64,000 nucleotides of DNA from an uncultured Phycisphaeraceae bacterium (lineage in GTDB: Bacteria > Planctomycetota > Phycisphaerae > Phycisphaerales > UBA1924). The stretch lies in NCBI GenBank assembly GCA_964590885.1, contig CAZPWW010000009.1, positions 35,764-99,763 on the forward strand, read 5' to 3'. Position 1 is the first letter of the stretch; each line of letters opens with the position of its first letter. Under the pieces are notes generated by a model, which saw only the letters and a program-made list of their open reading frames with translations, was not told the origin of the DNA and did no database searches. Shown here in pieces: positions 17,383-28,886 of the stretch. The position numbers were made by a program, and so were the translations under genes.

Positions 17383-18198
17383 ATGAACGTCGCCGTCATC
17401 ATCGCCGCGGCGGGGGCATCGCGCCGCTTTTCACAGGCCGCAGCCCGCGAGCAGGGCCTGTCCACCGACCGCTCCAAACTGGACGAAGACCTGGGCGGCC
17501 GCCCGGTGCTGCAACGCACCATTGAGCTGTTCAACCAGCGTCCCGACGTGAGTTCGATCATCGTGGCCGGCCCCGCCGATGCCGCGGCCATGGACGAGTT
17601 CAAGTTACGGTACGGCGACAAACTGGGCATGCTGGGCTGCAAACTCTGCACGGGCGGCAAGACGCACCGGTGGGAGACGGTGAAGAACGCGCTGGCGCTG
17701 GTGCCCGCCACCTGCACGCACGTGGCCGTACACGACGGGGCCCGCCCCTGCACGCCCGCGGATCTCATCGACCGCGTGTTCGCCGCGGCCGAGAAGCACG
17801 CGGCGGTGATCGCTGCCATCGACGTGCCCGACACACTCAAGCGCGTGCACGCCGAACCCCTGATAGAGGAGAGCGCCGACCCGTTCGCGGCGATTCTGGG
17901 CGAGGGGCCCAAGCGGCCGCCCAACCGGGTGGTGCAGGAGACGCTCGACCGGGCCCGCATCGTGGCCGTGCAGACGCCCCAGGTGTTCGCACGCGACCTG
18001 CTCAGCCGCGCGTACGCACAGGCGGACCTGAGCGGCACCGACGATGCCCAACTGGTGGAGCGGCTGGGCGAGCGTGTGGTGGTGGTGGCCGGAGATGCCC
18101 GGAACATCAAGATCACACTTCCCAATGACGTGGTGCTGGCACGGGCGATCATCGGGGCACGCCCGCCGTCTGAGAAGCCGGCCCACCTGCGGTTTTGA
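17383..18198 (+). CDS. ispD: 2-C-methyl-D-erythritol 4-phosphate cytidylyltransferase
   Basis: VAVIIAAAGASRRF, VAVHDGARP and VQTPQVF motifs. Lies divergent from the Hsp70 gene across a 22-bp gap. Confidence 0.85.
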   Translation: MNVAVIIAAAGASRRFSQAAAREQGLSTDRSKLDEDLGGRPVLQRTIELFNQRPDVSSIIVAGPADAAAMDEFKLRYGDKLGMLGCKLCTGGKTHRWETVKNALALVPATCTHVAVHDGARPCTPADLIDRVFAAAEKHAAVIAAIDVPDTLKRVHAEPLIEESADPFAAILGEGPKRPPNRVVQETLDRARIVAVQTPQVFARDLLSRAYAQADLSGTDDAQLVERLGERVVVVAGDARNIKITLPNDVVLARAIIGARPPSEKPAHLRF

Positions 18199-18323
18199 CG
18201 CTGGCGCGGCCCGCTGTTCCATGCCCACGGTGAGGTCGGCCGTGCAACCGAATCGTGGCGCTGAACGGGCGGACTGTCAGGCTGGCCGCGGCAATTTGGC
18301 CTGCAACGGAGCGTTGAACAAGC

Positions 18324-19532
18324 ATGAACTTCTTGTCCCTGGCAATGCTCTTGGCCGCGCCGCTCGCGGGCCAGCCCGCCACCCCCTCCACTCCCTCCGC
18401 GCCCCGCCCCCTCGCACCGGCGCCACCGTCGGCGTTGGCGGGGTCGCCAGCAGACACCTTCGCGGCGCTGGGTTCGCTTGCGCACGCGCACGCCGACCAC
18501 ACCTGGCACGACGCTGCCCGGCAGCGCGATGTGCCTGTGCGCATCTACACGCCGACGGCCCCCGCGGGCACGCGCTTGCCCGTGGTCGTTTTCTCGCACG
18601 GGGCGGGCGGCAGCCGGGAGGGCTACGCGTACGCCGCCACGCACCTTGCCAGCCGCGGCTACCTGGTGATTCTGCCCCAGCACGCGGGCAGCGACACACC
18701 CGCCTTGCGCGGCAGCATCGGGGCCGACGATGCCGACAAGCAGGCCGCGTTCCGCGACCGGTTGCGCGAGCGTGTGCGGCAACGGGTGCGCGACAAACTC
18801 ACGGGTGGCGGCGATGGCAAGACGCTGCAAGAGGGCTCGCGCGAAGACTTCTCGCGGGTGTTTCAGAACGCCGCGGGCGGACCGCTCGACACAATGATCA
18901 ACGACCCGGCCAACCTCGAGAACCGCCCGCGCGACGTCTCCTTCGTGATCGATGAGGTGGCCCGCCGGCCCGAACTCGCCGCGATCTGCGACCTGAGCCG
19001 CGTCGGCGTTGCCGGCCACTCGTTCGGGGCGTACACCAGCCTGGCCGCGGCGGGCCTGCGCGTGAAGGTGGGTGATGAGGATCGCTCGTGGCCCGACCCG
19101 CGAATCAGGGCCGCCGTGGCGATGTCGCCTCAGGGCACCGGCACCATGGGCATCCACGCCGGCTCGTGGGATGCGATCACCGTGCCCGTGCTCTGCCTCA
19201 CAGGCACCAAGGACATGGGGCAGGGTCAACGTGCCGCGGCGTGGCGGCGCGAGATCATGACGCACATCAAGGCCCCCACGACGTTCATCGAGATCACCGA
19301 CGCCAACCACATGACCTTTGCCATCAGCAAAGACGGCCTGAGCGACTCGGAGCGCGTGCGCGGCGGTGTTTACAACGAAGAGCACAACCGGCTGATCCGC
19401 CTCAGTCTGGCCGCGTTTATGGATGCGTACTTGAAGGGCGACGCGGCGGCGCGGGTGTTCGTGGAGGGGGAGGGCCTGGCCGACGCGGCGCGGGTGGGGG
19501 CGACGATGGAGCGATCGCAGGCGGAACGCTGA
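18324..19532 (+). CDS. secreted alpha/beta hydrolase (PAF-acetylhydrolase/dienelactone-hydrolase-like)
   Basis: Signal peptide, nucleophile elbow GHSFGA and VVFSHGAGGSREGY. Confidence 0.65.
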   Translation: MNFLSLAMLLAAPLAGQPATPSTPSAPRPLAPAPPSALAGSPADTFAALGSLAHAHADHTWHDAARQRDVPVRIYTPTAPAGTRLPVVVFSHGAGGSREGYAYAATHLASRGYLVILPQHAGSDTPALRGSIGADDADKQAAFRDRLRERVRQRVRDKLTGGGDGKTLQEGSREDFSRVFQNAAGGPLDTMINDPANLENRPRDVSFVIDEVARRPELAAICDLSRVGVAGHSFGAYTSLAAAGLRVKVGDEDRSWPDPRIRAAVAMSPQGTGTMGIHAGSWDAITVPVLCLTGTKDMGQGQRAAAWRREIMTHIKAPTTFIEITDANHMTFAISKDGLSDSERVRGGVYNEEHNRLIRLSLAAFMDAYLKGDAAARVFVEGEGLADAARVGATMERSQAER

Positions 19533-19579
19533 GCGGGCGGTAGGCACATCTACCATTGGCCCCCTTGCGGAAGAGCGCC

Positions 19580-21652
<2,073 letters not shown>

Positions 21653-21694
21653 GCAGCGCTGGCAACACTCCCGTATTGGAACCCAATACAGGCC

Positions 21695-21724
21695 TTGACA
21701 TGAATTTACGTGGATGGCTAATAT
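21695..21724 (+). promoter_or_regulatory. near-consensus sigma70-type promoter (TTGACA-18-TAATAT) upstream of the ATPase gene
   Basis: TTGACA at 21695-21700 and TAATAT at 21719-21724. An adjacent palindrome GTATTGG-aac-CCAATAC lies at 21673-21689. Confidence 0.4.
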
Positions 21725-21749
21725 TAGCCGCCAAACTTGGGGAGGCTCC

Positions 21750-22991
21750 ATGCCCGCTACGACTCCGGCTCGTCTGGATAACCCGTTTCGCCCTGGTGCG
21801 GGCCACATGCCCCCCTACTTGGCCGGTCGTACACAGGAGCAGGAGGAGTTCGGCAAACTCTTGGAGCAAGACATCATCCTGCAGAATGTCGTTCTGACCG
21901 GGCTGCGAGGCGTGGGCAAGACGGTGCTGCTCGAGACCTTGAAGCCCGAGGCGATCAACCACAGCTGGCTCTGGGTCGGAACCGATATGTCGGAATCGGC
22001 GACCGTGGATGAGCAGAGCATGGCGGTGCGACTGATCACGGACATGGCCGTGGCCACCGCGAACTTCGCGGTCGGCACCGTGGCAACGCGGGCGTTTGGA
22101 TTCGACCGAACGGTGAGCCACGAACGGCTGATGCTCGACTACAACACGCTGTGGGCGGTCTTTGAGCGGACACCCGGATTGATCGCCGACAAGCTGAAAG
22201 CCGTCTTGGAGCTGGTGTGGTCAGCCGTGCCAACCACCGGCTATCGGGGCATCGTGTTCGCATACGACGAGGCACAGAATCTGGGCGACCGGGCAGAGAA
22301 GGACCAGTACCCGCTCTCGATGCTGCTGGACGTGTTCCAATCCATCCAGAAGAAGGACGTACGGTTCATGCTGGCCCTCACCGGGCTGCCCACGCTGTAT
22401 CCGAAGCTGGTTGAGGCGAGGACGTTCGCCGAACGCATGTTTCGCGTCATCTCCCTGGACAAGCTCGACATTGCCGCCTGCCGGCAAGCAATCACCATCC
22501 CCGTGGCAAAGGCACCGCGCAAGTTCGCCGATGCCTCGGTTGAGACGATCATTGACCTCTCCGGCGGATACCCCTATTTCATTCAGTTCATCTGCCGCGA
22601 GGTCTATGACGTCTGGATTCGCCAGATGGCGTCCGGCCATGAACCTGCCGTTCCAGTCAACGAGATCCAGCGGAAACTCGACTCCGATTTCTTCGCCGGT
22701 CGCTGGGCGCGAGTGACCGACAGGCAGCGCGAGCTGTTGACAGTGATCGCCCGGCTGGACACAGCGGAGTCGGAGTTCACGGTTCAAGAGGTGGTCGAAC
22801 TTTCCAGCTCCATGCTCTCCAAGCCGTTCAGCGCCAGCCATGTGAATCAGATGCTCAACACGCTCACGGAGGCCGACCTCATCTACAAGAACAGGCGCGG
22901 CAAGTACTCTCTTGCCGTGCCCCTGCTGAACCGTTTCATCCTGCGGCAGATACGACAATCCCAGCCGAGCCTGTGGCCGGGCAGCGAGTGA
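21750..22991 (+). CDS. ORC/Cdc6- or STAND-like AAA ATPase with C-terminal winged-helix-like region
   Basis: N-terminal NPFRPGAGHMPPYLAGR, Walker A LTGLRGVGKT and Walker B IVFAYDEAQ. GGAGG lies 4 nt upstream of the ATG at 21750. The gene is visibly lower in GC than its neighbours. Confidence 0.7.
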   Translation: MPATTPARLDNPFRPGAGHMPPYLAGRTQEQEEFGKLLEQDIILQNVVLTGLRGVGKTVLLETLKPEAINHSWLWVGTDMSESATVDEQSMAVRLITDMAVATANFAVGTVATRAFGFDRTVSHERLMLDYNTLWAVFERTPGLIADKLKAVLELVWSAVPTTGYRGIVFAYDEAQNLGDRAEKDQYPLSMLLDVFQSIQKKDVRFMLALTGLPTLYPKLVEARTFAERMFRVISLDKLDIAACRQAITIPVAKAPRKFADASVETIIDLSGGYPYFIQFICREVYDVWIRQMASGHEPAVPVNEIQRKLDSDFFAGRWARVTDRQRELLTVIARLDTAESEFTVQEVVELSSSMLSKPFSASHVNQMLNTLTEADLIYKNRRGKYSLAVPLLNRFILRQIRQSQPSLWPGSE

Positions 22992-23001
22992 CCCCGATCC
23001 C

Positions 23002-23547
23002 ATGCTCGTCCGCCCCGCCACACCGGCCGACGTGCCCGCCATCCTGCCCATGGTGCGGCAACTCTGCGACCTGCACGAAGCCCGGGACCCGGCCCGCTTC
23101 CGCGTGCTGCCGGATGTGCTCGACCGCTACGCCAAATGGCTGCCCGAGCGGGCCGCCGACCCGCGCAGCGTGCTGCTGGTGGCGGAAGTGCCCCCAGACA
23201 CCGGCACAACTGCAGCCGGCACGGTCGGCGCGGCGGGCACGGGCAGCGCGGCTGAGGCTTCAGGAGTGCCGCGCGTCTCGGGCTTCCTCGTGGGCACCAT
23301 CGAGCCCGAAGTCCCGATCTTCTGGATCCCTGAGTGCGGAATGATCCACGATGTGTGGGTCGAGCCCGCCGCGCGGCGGAGCGGACTGGCCCGCGCTCTC
23401 GTGGAAGCGGCCATCGCCCGCTACACGGCGCTGGGCGTGAAGCAGGTCCGCCTGCACACCGCGGCGTTCAACGACCCGGCCCGCGCCGTGTTCGCAACCT
23501 GCGGCTTCCGCCCCTGCGTGGTCGAGATGCTGCGGACGCTGCCGTAG
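23002..23547 (+). CDS. GNAT family N-acetyltransferase
   Basis: The length and the ...IHDVWVEPAARRSGLARALVEAA... acetyl-CoA-binding pattern fit the family. Confidence 0.75.
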   Translation: MLVRPATPADVPAILPMVRQLCDLHEARDPARFRVLPDVLDRYAKWLPERAADPRSVLLVAEVPPDTGTTAAGTVGAAGTGSAAEASGVPRVSGFLVGTIEPEVPIFWIPECGMIHDVWVEPAARRSGLARALVEAAIARYTALGVKQVRLHTAAFNDPARAVFATCGFRPCVVEMLRTLP

Positions 23548-23556
23548 CCGCGTCCC

Positions 23557-24771
23557 TCATACGGCCCGACGCCGCCGCGCCGCCAGCACGCCCGCGCACA
23601 CCAGCATCGCCCCCGCACCCGGCCCGGGGATCGAGAACGCGAACGTCTCGAACACGTGCGACTCCACGTCGTGCAGCACCGCGTAGAACCCGATCGGGCC
23701 GTCCTCGTTGGTCGGGAAACTGACCTGGGCCTGATACAGGCCGGTCTGAAACTCCGACATCGTCAACTCGGCGCGAAACGCCTCTCCGGGCAGCGTCAAC
23801 CCGCCCCCGTACAGGCTCAGCGTGAGCGCCTCACCGCCCACCGGCACGCCCAGGAGATCGCGCACCGAGGCCAGCACGCTCAGGTTGAACCCGCCACCCG
23901 GCAGGGGCAGGGCCTGGGCGATGGCCGTGTCGATGGTGCGCGGCGTGATCGCCGCCGTGGCCACCAGCGGCGTCATGTCCTTGAGCAGCATGCTCTGGCG
24001 GTCGATCACCTGAGCCGTGGTGAGCGGGGCGATCGCGTTGCGCAGGGCCGTCTTGGCGGCGGCGTTGAGTTTCTTGGTGTCGTCGTAGCGGGTCTGGTCG
24101 CTGCCGATGAGTTCGCCCAAGTCCTGCTCGTCGCGGAAGCGAGCCGGCGACGGATAGACCACGCGCTGGATCTCGAGGCCGGCCTCGAAGCTCTTGAGCA
24201 GCTTCTCCCACTCGGCCTTGTCCACGTTCTTCTCGATGCACACCTCGGCGAACTTCTTCCAGATCGTCCACTGGTAGAGCTGGTTCATCTCGCGCCCGTT
24301 GCCGCGCAGCTCGCCGTTGGCGAACATCTCGGTGGCGGTCTGAAACTTGTCGAAGTCGATGGCCCCGTCCTTCACGAAGTGCTTCTTGATGATCTTGCGC
24401 TGCAGGTCGCTCAGGCGCTGCAGCACGCCGTCGTTCTTGGCCTTCGTGAACGCGTCGGCAACCTTGGTGCGGTCCTCCGCCTTGATCTTGTCGCCCTTGC
24501 CGTGGGCGTCGTAGATCATGTGCCCTACCGCCCGGCCCGCCGGGCTGGAGAAGTTGTCGAAGATGTCGCGGGCGATCTTCAGGCGCCGATCCGCCTTGTC
24601 GGCTGCGGTGTCGCCGCCGCCGTACACCTCCTTGGTCACGGGGCCCGTGCCGAAGAGCGTCGCGTCGTCAAACTCGCGGTAGAACGCGCTCGACTCGGCC
24701 GCCGTCTGCCCGACCACCGTGCCCGCCGCGAGCAACAGGGCACCACACGCACACGCCATCGCCTTGTTCAT
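23557..24771 (-). CDS. PEP-CTERM sorting-domain protein
   Basis: Signal peptide MNKAMACACGALLLAAG. C-terminus is IPGPGAGAMLVCAGVLAARRRRAV. The GA-rich leader GAGTGAAGGAGGGAAGGAAC precedes the ATG at 24771. Confidence 0.8.
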   Translation of the reverse strand: MNKAMACACGALLLAAGTVVGQTAAESSAFYREFDDATLFGTGPVTKEVYGGGDTAADKADRRLKIARDIFDNFSSPAGRAVGHMIYDAHGKGDKIKAEDRTKVADAFTKAKNDGVLQRLSDLQRKIIKKHFVKDGAIDFDKFQTATEMFANGELRGNGREMNQLYQWTIWKKFAEVCIEKNVDKAEWEKLLKSFEAGLEIQRVVYPSPARFRDEQDLGELIGSDQTRYDDTKKLNAAAKTALRNAIAPLTTAQVIDRQSMLLKDMTPLVATAAITPRTIDTAIAQALPLPGGGFNLSVLASVRDLLGVPVGGEALTLSLYGGGLTLPGEAFRAELTMSEFQTGLYQAQVSFPTNEDGPIGFYAVLHDVESHVFETFAFSIPGPGAGAMLVCAGVLAARRRRAV

Positions 24772-24916
24772 GTTCCTTCCCTCCTTCACTCCCCCACGCG
24801 GCCGACCCACCGGGCACCCCCCACCCCCCGAGTCTACCACAAACCATCCGCCTGCCAAGCCCCGCCGGGCATCCGGCCGCGAAATACTGCGGATTGCTGC
24901 CCCGCAGACCAACCGG

Positions 24917-27040
24917 TCAATCGCTCGCCCTCTTCTTCGGCCCGCTCAGCGGCACCACCAAGCTCTTGCGCTCCCCGGCCTCCGCGGCCGGCCCCGCCCC
25001 GCCCACGCCCCCGCGGGCAGATGGCAACCGCATCATGCTCGTAAGCTTGTCAGGCACCACGTCGCCGCTCTCGGGCCGCTCCTCCACACTGGTGATGTCC
25101 TGGGCCTCGAGCAGGCGCACCAGCAGGCGGTCGCGCTCGGTGGCGAAGGCGGCGCCCGCAGAGCCGGCCACCGGCCCCCCACCAACGGCCCCCTGCTTCT
25201 GCACCTCGTAGAGCGCGCCCACCACCTCCGAGTACGTCAGATCAAGCCCCGGCTCCGGGCTCTCCGGCACCGGTGTGCGGGCCATGAACCGGACCAGTTC
25301 GCGCAGGTCGCGGCTCACCGTCGCCTGCTGCACACGCCCGTCGCGATAGTCGCGGTAGTACAGGCGGGCGGTGCCGGTCCCGTTGGCGCCCGCCGCGCCG
25401 GTGTCGGCGGCCGCCGACTTCTCCACCGCCACCATCAGCCGGTCGCCCCACGCGCTCACGAGGGTGTCGTCGCTCAGGCGCAGGCCCGTGCCCATGAGCA
25501 CGATCCTGGGCCGCCCCTGCTGGCTCACGTAGATCAGGTCGTCGCCGATCGGGAGCGTGTCGAGCACGAACTTGTCGCCCATGGCGATGCGGTCGATGCT
25601 CGCATCCGCCCGCTCGGCCAGCGCCTCATACGCGGCCACGCGCACGTCCAGCTCGGGCGCTTTCACCAACTCGCGCAGGGCCAGGTTGATGGTCGGGTCG
25701 GGTCCCATCTGACCCAAGAGCCCGATCACCTCCGCACGCAGCGCCGTCGGCCCGGCGCGTGCCATCTCCAAGAGCCGCGGCGTCGCGCGCGGGTCGCTCA
25801 GTTTCGCTCCGGCCCGCAACGCGCCCAGGCGCGGCAGCAACTCCGGGTCGTCGTAGAGGCCCTGCAAAAAGGGCGTGGCGGTCTTTCCCACCGCCTGCAG
25901 GCACCAACTCAGTTCATCCGCCAGCGCGGGGCTCTTCTTGAGTTCCTCCGCAAACCGCTTGGCGTATTCCTGTGGAAAGGCCTGGTCGATCTGCGTGAAC
26001 CGCAGGAGTTGCAGGAACTCCTCGGTCTTCTCGCGGTACGTGCGCGGCACGCGCACGGCGATGCTGGCGTCGTTGCGGCCGCGGGCGGTGTTGCCCTCGT
26101 CGCCCGGGGTAGGCGGGAAGCGGGAGTTGATCGCCTGCACGATCGAGATCGCGCGCGCGTGGCTGGGGTTGTCGAGCACGAGTTCCATCGCCAGGGGCTC
26201 ACTCACAAAGCCCCCGCCAAGCACACGCCCGACCGTGCGCGTCACCCCGTCGCCCAGCGCCTCGCGGCGGGGGGCGGGCAGGGTCGCCTCTTCGCTCAGC
26301 GGTGCCGGGCCAGCCGTCTCGTCGCGCGGGCCGGGGGGGGCCGCTTCGCCCGCCGCGGAGCCGGGGGGCGCATCCAGTTCACCGCGGGCCGCCGCCGCGT
26401 TACTCGGTGCACCGCTCGGGTCGGCGAAGGGGTTGATGAAGACGTTGCCCTTGGCGATGGCGATGTTGCGGGCCTTCACACCGCCGAAGGGCGTCACCGG
26501 GCCCAGCCGCAGGTCGGTGGTCCAGAGTTTGCCGCCCTCCAGGCTGCTCACCGTGCTGCCCGGCAGCGTGCGCACACGCACGTCAAACGTGGCCCCGCGC
26601 GGCGAGCCCGGCGGCACCACGCCCTCCACCAGCACCACGGCGCAAGTCGGATCGCGCAACACCTCGCGGGGCGACTTGCCCGCCAGGGGCCCCTCCATCA
26701 AGGGCCCGCCCTTGCCGATGCCGCCCCGCGCAAGTTCGCGCTCCATCGTGGCCTGAATCTGCACGGGCAGCGGGCCGCCGCCGGTGTTGTTGAGGCCGAC
26801 GACCAAGCCCAGGCCGCTCACCAGCATGGGGTCGTTGCCACGGATGGAGCACTCGGCCCCGATGGTGCCCCGCAAAATCGCGGGCACGTCGCGCACGATC
26901 GGTTCCACGGCCCGGGCCTTCTTCCGCGGGCCCGAATCGCACGCGCCCAGGGCCAGGCCGCACACCGCCAGCACGCACGTCGCCGCTCGCGCCCAGACAC
27001 GAACACTCGGCGCGGCAAACGGGGTGGCGATGTGCGTCAT
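24917..27040 (-). CDS. FlgI (flagellar P-ring)-like lipoprotein with HEAT-like helical insert
   Basis: Lipobox LALGAC. GLGLVVGLNNTGGG, FDVRVRTLPGSTVSSLEGGKL and IAVRVP parallel FlgI segments GYGLVVGLDGTGD, IDVVVSSMG..SLRGGTL and IQVRVP. The central part has LPRLGALRAG...RLLEMA... helical repeats. Confidence 0.6.
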   Translation of the reverse strand: MTHIATPFAAPSVRVWARAATCVLAVCGLALGACDSGPRKKARAVEPIVRDVPAILRGTIGAECSIRGNDPMLVSGLGLVVGLNNTGGGPLPVQIQATMERELARGGIGKGGPLMEGPLAGKSPREVLRDPTCAVVLVEGVVPPGSPRGATFDVRVRTLPGSTVSSLEGGKLWTTDLRLGPVTPFGGVKARNIAIAKGNVFINPFADPSGAPSNAAAARGELDAPPGSAAGEAAPPGPRDETAGPAPLSEEATLPAPRREALGDGVTRTVGRVLGGGFVSEPLAMELVLDNPSHARAISIVQAINSRFPPTPGDEGNTARGRNDASIAVRVPRTYREKTEEFLQLLRFTQIDQAFPQEYAKRFAEELKKSPALADELSWCLQAVGKTATPFLQGLYDDPELLPRLGALRAGAKLSDPRATPRLLEMARAGPTALRAEVIGLLGQMGPDPTINLALRELVKAPELDVRVAAYEALAERADASIDRIAMGDKFVLDTLPIGDDLIYVSQQGRPRIVLMGTGLRLSDDTLVSAWGDRLMVAVEKSAAADTGAAGANGTGTARLYYRDYRDGRVQQATVSRDLRELVRFMARTPVPESPEPGLDLTYSEVVGALYEVQKQGAVGGGPVAGSAGAAFATERDRLLVRLLEAQDITSVEERPESGDVVPDKLTSMMRLPSARGGVGGAGPAAEAGERKSLVVPLSGPKKRASD

Positions 27041-27423
27041 GAGGAGGGCATTATTGCGGCCGCGGACCGCAGAGAAGCCGGAGCGCAGCGCGCCGCACTG
27101 CGCACAGACACGATGAAGCCGGCATCAAGATTTCCACACCCGAGATTCGGATGAAACGGCGCTCAGAAGTTTTTTGCGGACTGCACGGGCCATCGTAACT
27201 ACTTGTAAAACATGCACTTATGCGTTAACGACAAGTTTCGCACCACGCAACCACCACATTTTGCGGTTTTGCGGGCTTGAACCCACAACCGATGGTGTTA
27301 CGCTGTGCCCCCGCGTCCGGCAGTCGCCGCGACACGGTGCCCTGAACCTGACAACCTCGCACGGCTTGATACCCAGTATTCACGCGAATATGGGCACATC
27401 AAGCCGCTTATTTGCGCGATCTC

Positions 27424-28026
27424 ATGTCCATCCTCTGCGATTCTCAAATCCGCCAGCAGATCGGCATCGAGCCCTTCGAGGTTGCGGCCAAGCGGTCTGG
27501 TCGGATATCGTTTGGTGTGTCCTCCTACGGCTACGACATCCGTGTCGGCACCCGCTTCAAGATCTTCACGCCCACACCCCGCTCGGGCGGTGTCACCATC
27601 GTCGACCCGAAGGCCTTTCACGACGACCTCTTCGTCGAGATCGACACCGACCAGCGGGCCCCGAAGGCTGGCTGGGGCACGGGCGTCAACGCGGCTCATG
27701 TGGTGATCCCGCCCAACTCGTTCGCGCTGTGCGAGACCGTGGAGACCATCAGCGTGCCGCGCGATGTGCTGGCCGTCTGCGTGGGCAAGAGCACCTACGC
27801 CCGCTGCGGCCTGGTGCTGAACGTGACGCCCCTCGAACCCGAGTGGCGCGGCAAGGTGACACTCGAAATCTCCAACACCACGCCCCTGCCCGCGAAGGTG
27901 TACGCCAACGAGGGGATCGGGCAACTGCTCTTCTTCAAGGCCGACATGGCCTGCCAGACCAGTTACGCCGACAAGGGCGGCAAGTACCAGGACCAGACGG
28001 GATTGACGTTGCCGAAAGTGGATTAG
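27424..28026 (+). CDS. dcd: dCTP deaminase
   Basis: MSILCDSQI..., [20 protein letters not shown] and [14 protein letters not shown]. Confidence 0.9.
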   Translation: MSILCDSQIRQQIGIEPFEVAAKRSGRISFGVSSYGYDIRVGTRFKIFTPTPRSGGVTIVDPKAFHDDLFVEIDTDQRAPKAGWGTGVNAAHVVIPPNSFALCETVETISVPRDVLAVCVGKSTYARCGLVLNVTPLEPEWRGKVTLEISNTTPLPAKVYANEGIGQLLFFKADMACQTSYADKGGKYQDQTGLTLPKVD

Positions 28027-28031
28027 GAATT

Positions 28032-28868
28032 ATGATCACCATTGCGCGTGAATATGTTGCGATCATGGACACGTCTCATATGCCTGCGCGGTGCGGGCAT
28101 TTTGCGATCGTGGTCCTGGTTGTCGGGAAAGCGTATCTGAACCAACTCGCCACATCTCTGCGGACCATCCGAGAGATGAACACGTGCAAGAACACAATCC
28201 ACTTTACTGACTTGGATCGAGACTCGAGCGAGTCGCGAGTCGCACACCAGTGGGTTCAGTTCGTCCTTCGCGCCAGCACCCTTCGCTTGGGCGTTCATGG
28301 CAAGATAGTGCCGCCCGACGGCTTTTCGCTCTCGCACTCCGGCGGGCGAATCGAGTCGGCGCTGAATCGTGTGGCGATGACGGCTTTGAAATCGGCCGTG
28401 TCGTTCTTGGGCGGTCCCCGTGATCGCCTTCAGCTGGACATCGCGATCGACGGCTCCGGGAGAGTTGGGAGTAGTGAGCATGGATTGGGTGAGTATCTGG
28501 CCACCAGTATCACACGTCACGCCGCTCGATCACAGCACTTGCCACGGGTTGCTCAGTCGCGGGTGCTGTATGTGCCCAAACGTCCTGAGGAAGGGGAGAA
28601 TCCGTTGGCACCGCTCCTGCGGGATGCGGTCGCGGTGGCAGACTTGATTGCGGGCGGAGCAAGGTTGGCCGCCGATTGCGGAGGAAGCCTGCCGCGGGAC
28701 TGTCCGATGCACTGGATCGCGAGGACCGTTTGGGCTTGGCAGCACTTTGCCCCGCCCGTGCCCAACGGGGCACTGCCCCGTATTCAGATGCAAACTTATC
28801 GATTCCCGACACGCGATTTTCTGCCATTTGGAAGGCCGCGGGTGACGTTGGCCGCTACGACCAATTGA
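28032..28868 (+). CDS. DUF3800-like hypothetical protein
   Basis: Three acidic motifs follow the DUF3800 order: AIMDTSH, IHFTDLD and VAVADLIAG. A sample at 28141-28200 counts 32/60 G+C. The gene starts 5 nt after the dcd stop and ends 18 nt before nrdJ. Confidence 0.45.
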   Translation: MITIAREYVAIMDTSHMPARCGHFAIVVLVVGKAYLNQLATSLRTIREMNTCKNTIHFTDLDRDSSESRVAHQWVQFVLRASTLRLGVHGKIVPPDGFSLSHSGGRIESALNRVAMTALKSAVSFLGGPRDRLQLDIAIDGSGRVGSSEHGLGEYLATSITRHAARSQHLPRVAQSRVLYVPKRPEEGENPLAPLLRDAVAVADLIAGGARLAADCGGSLPRDCPMHWIARTVWAWQHFAPPVPNGALPRIQMQTYRFPTRDFLPFGRPRVTLAATTN

Positions 28869-28886
28869 TCTTGTTGAGGTACTGTC

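Noticed and set aside
27255-27300. tRNA-like T-arm (minus strand GGGTTCAAGCCC) in the FlgI-like/dcd intergenic region
   Set aside because: The stem does not pair correctly with a 7-nt loop (a G-G clash). The would-be acceptor 3' strand is A-rich with no complementary 5' strand. No D arm or anticodon arm could be built.
27424-28026. dCTP deaminase as a possible anti-phage nucleotide-depletion gene
   Set aside because: Its size (200 aa) and motifs are those of the housekeeping Dcd. It has no extra sensor or kinase domain, and it sits beside nrdJ in normal-GC DNA.
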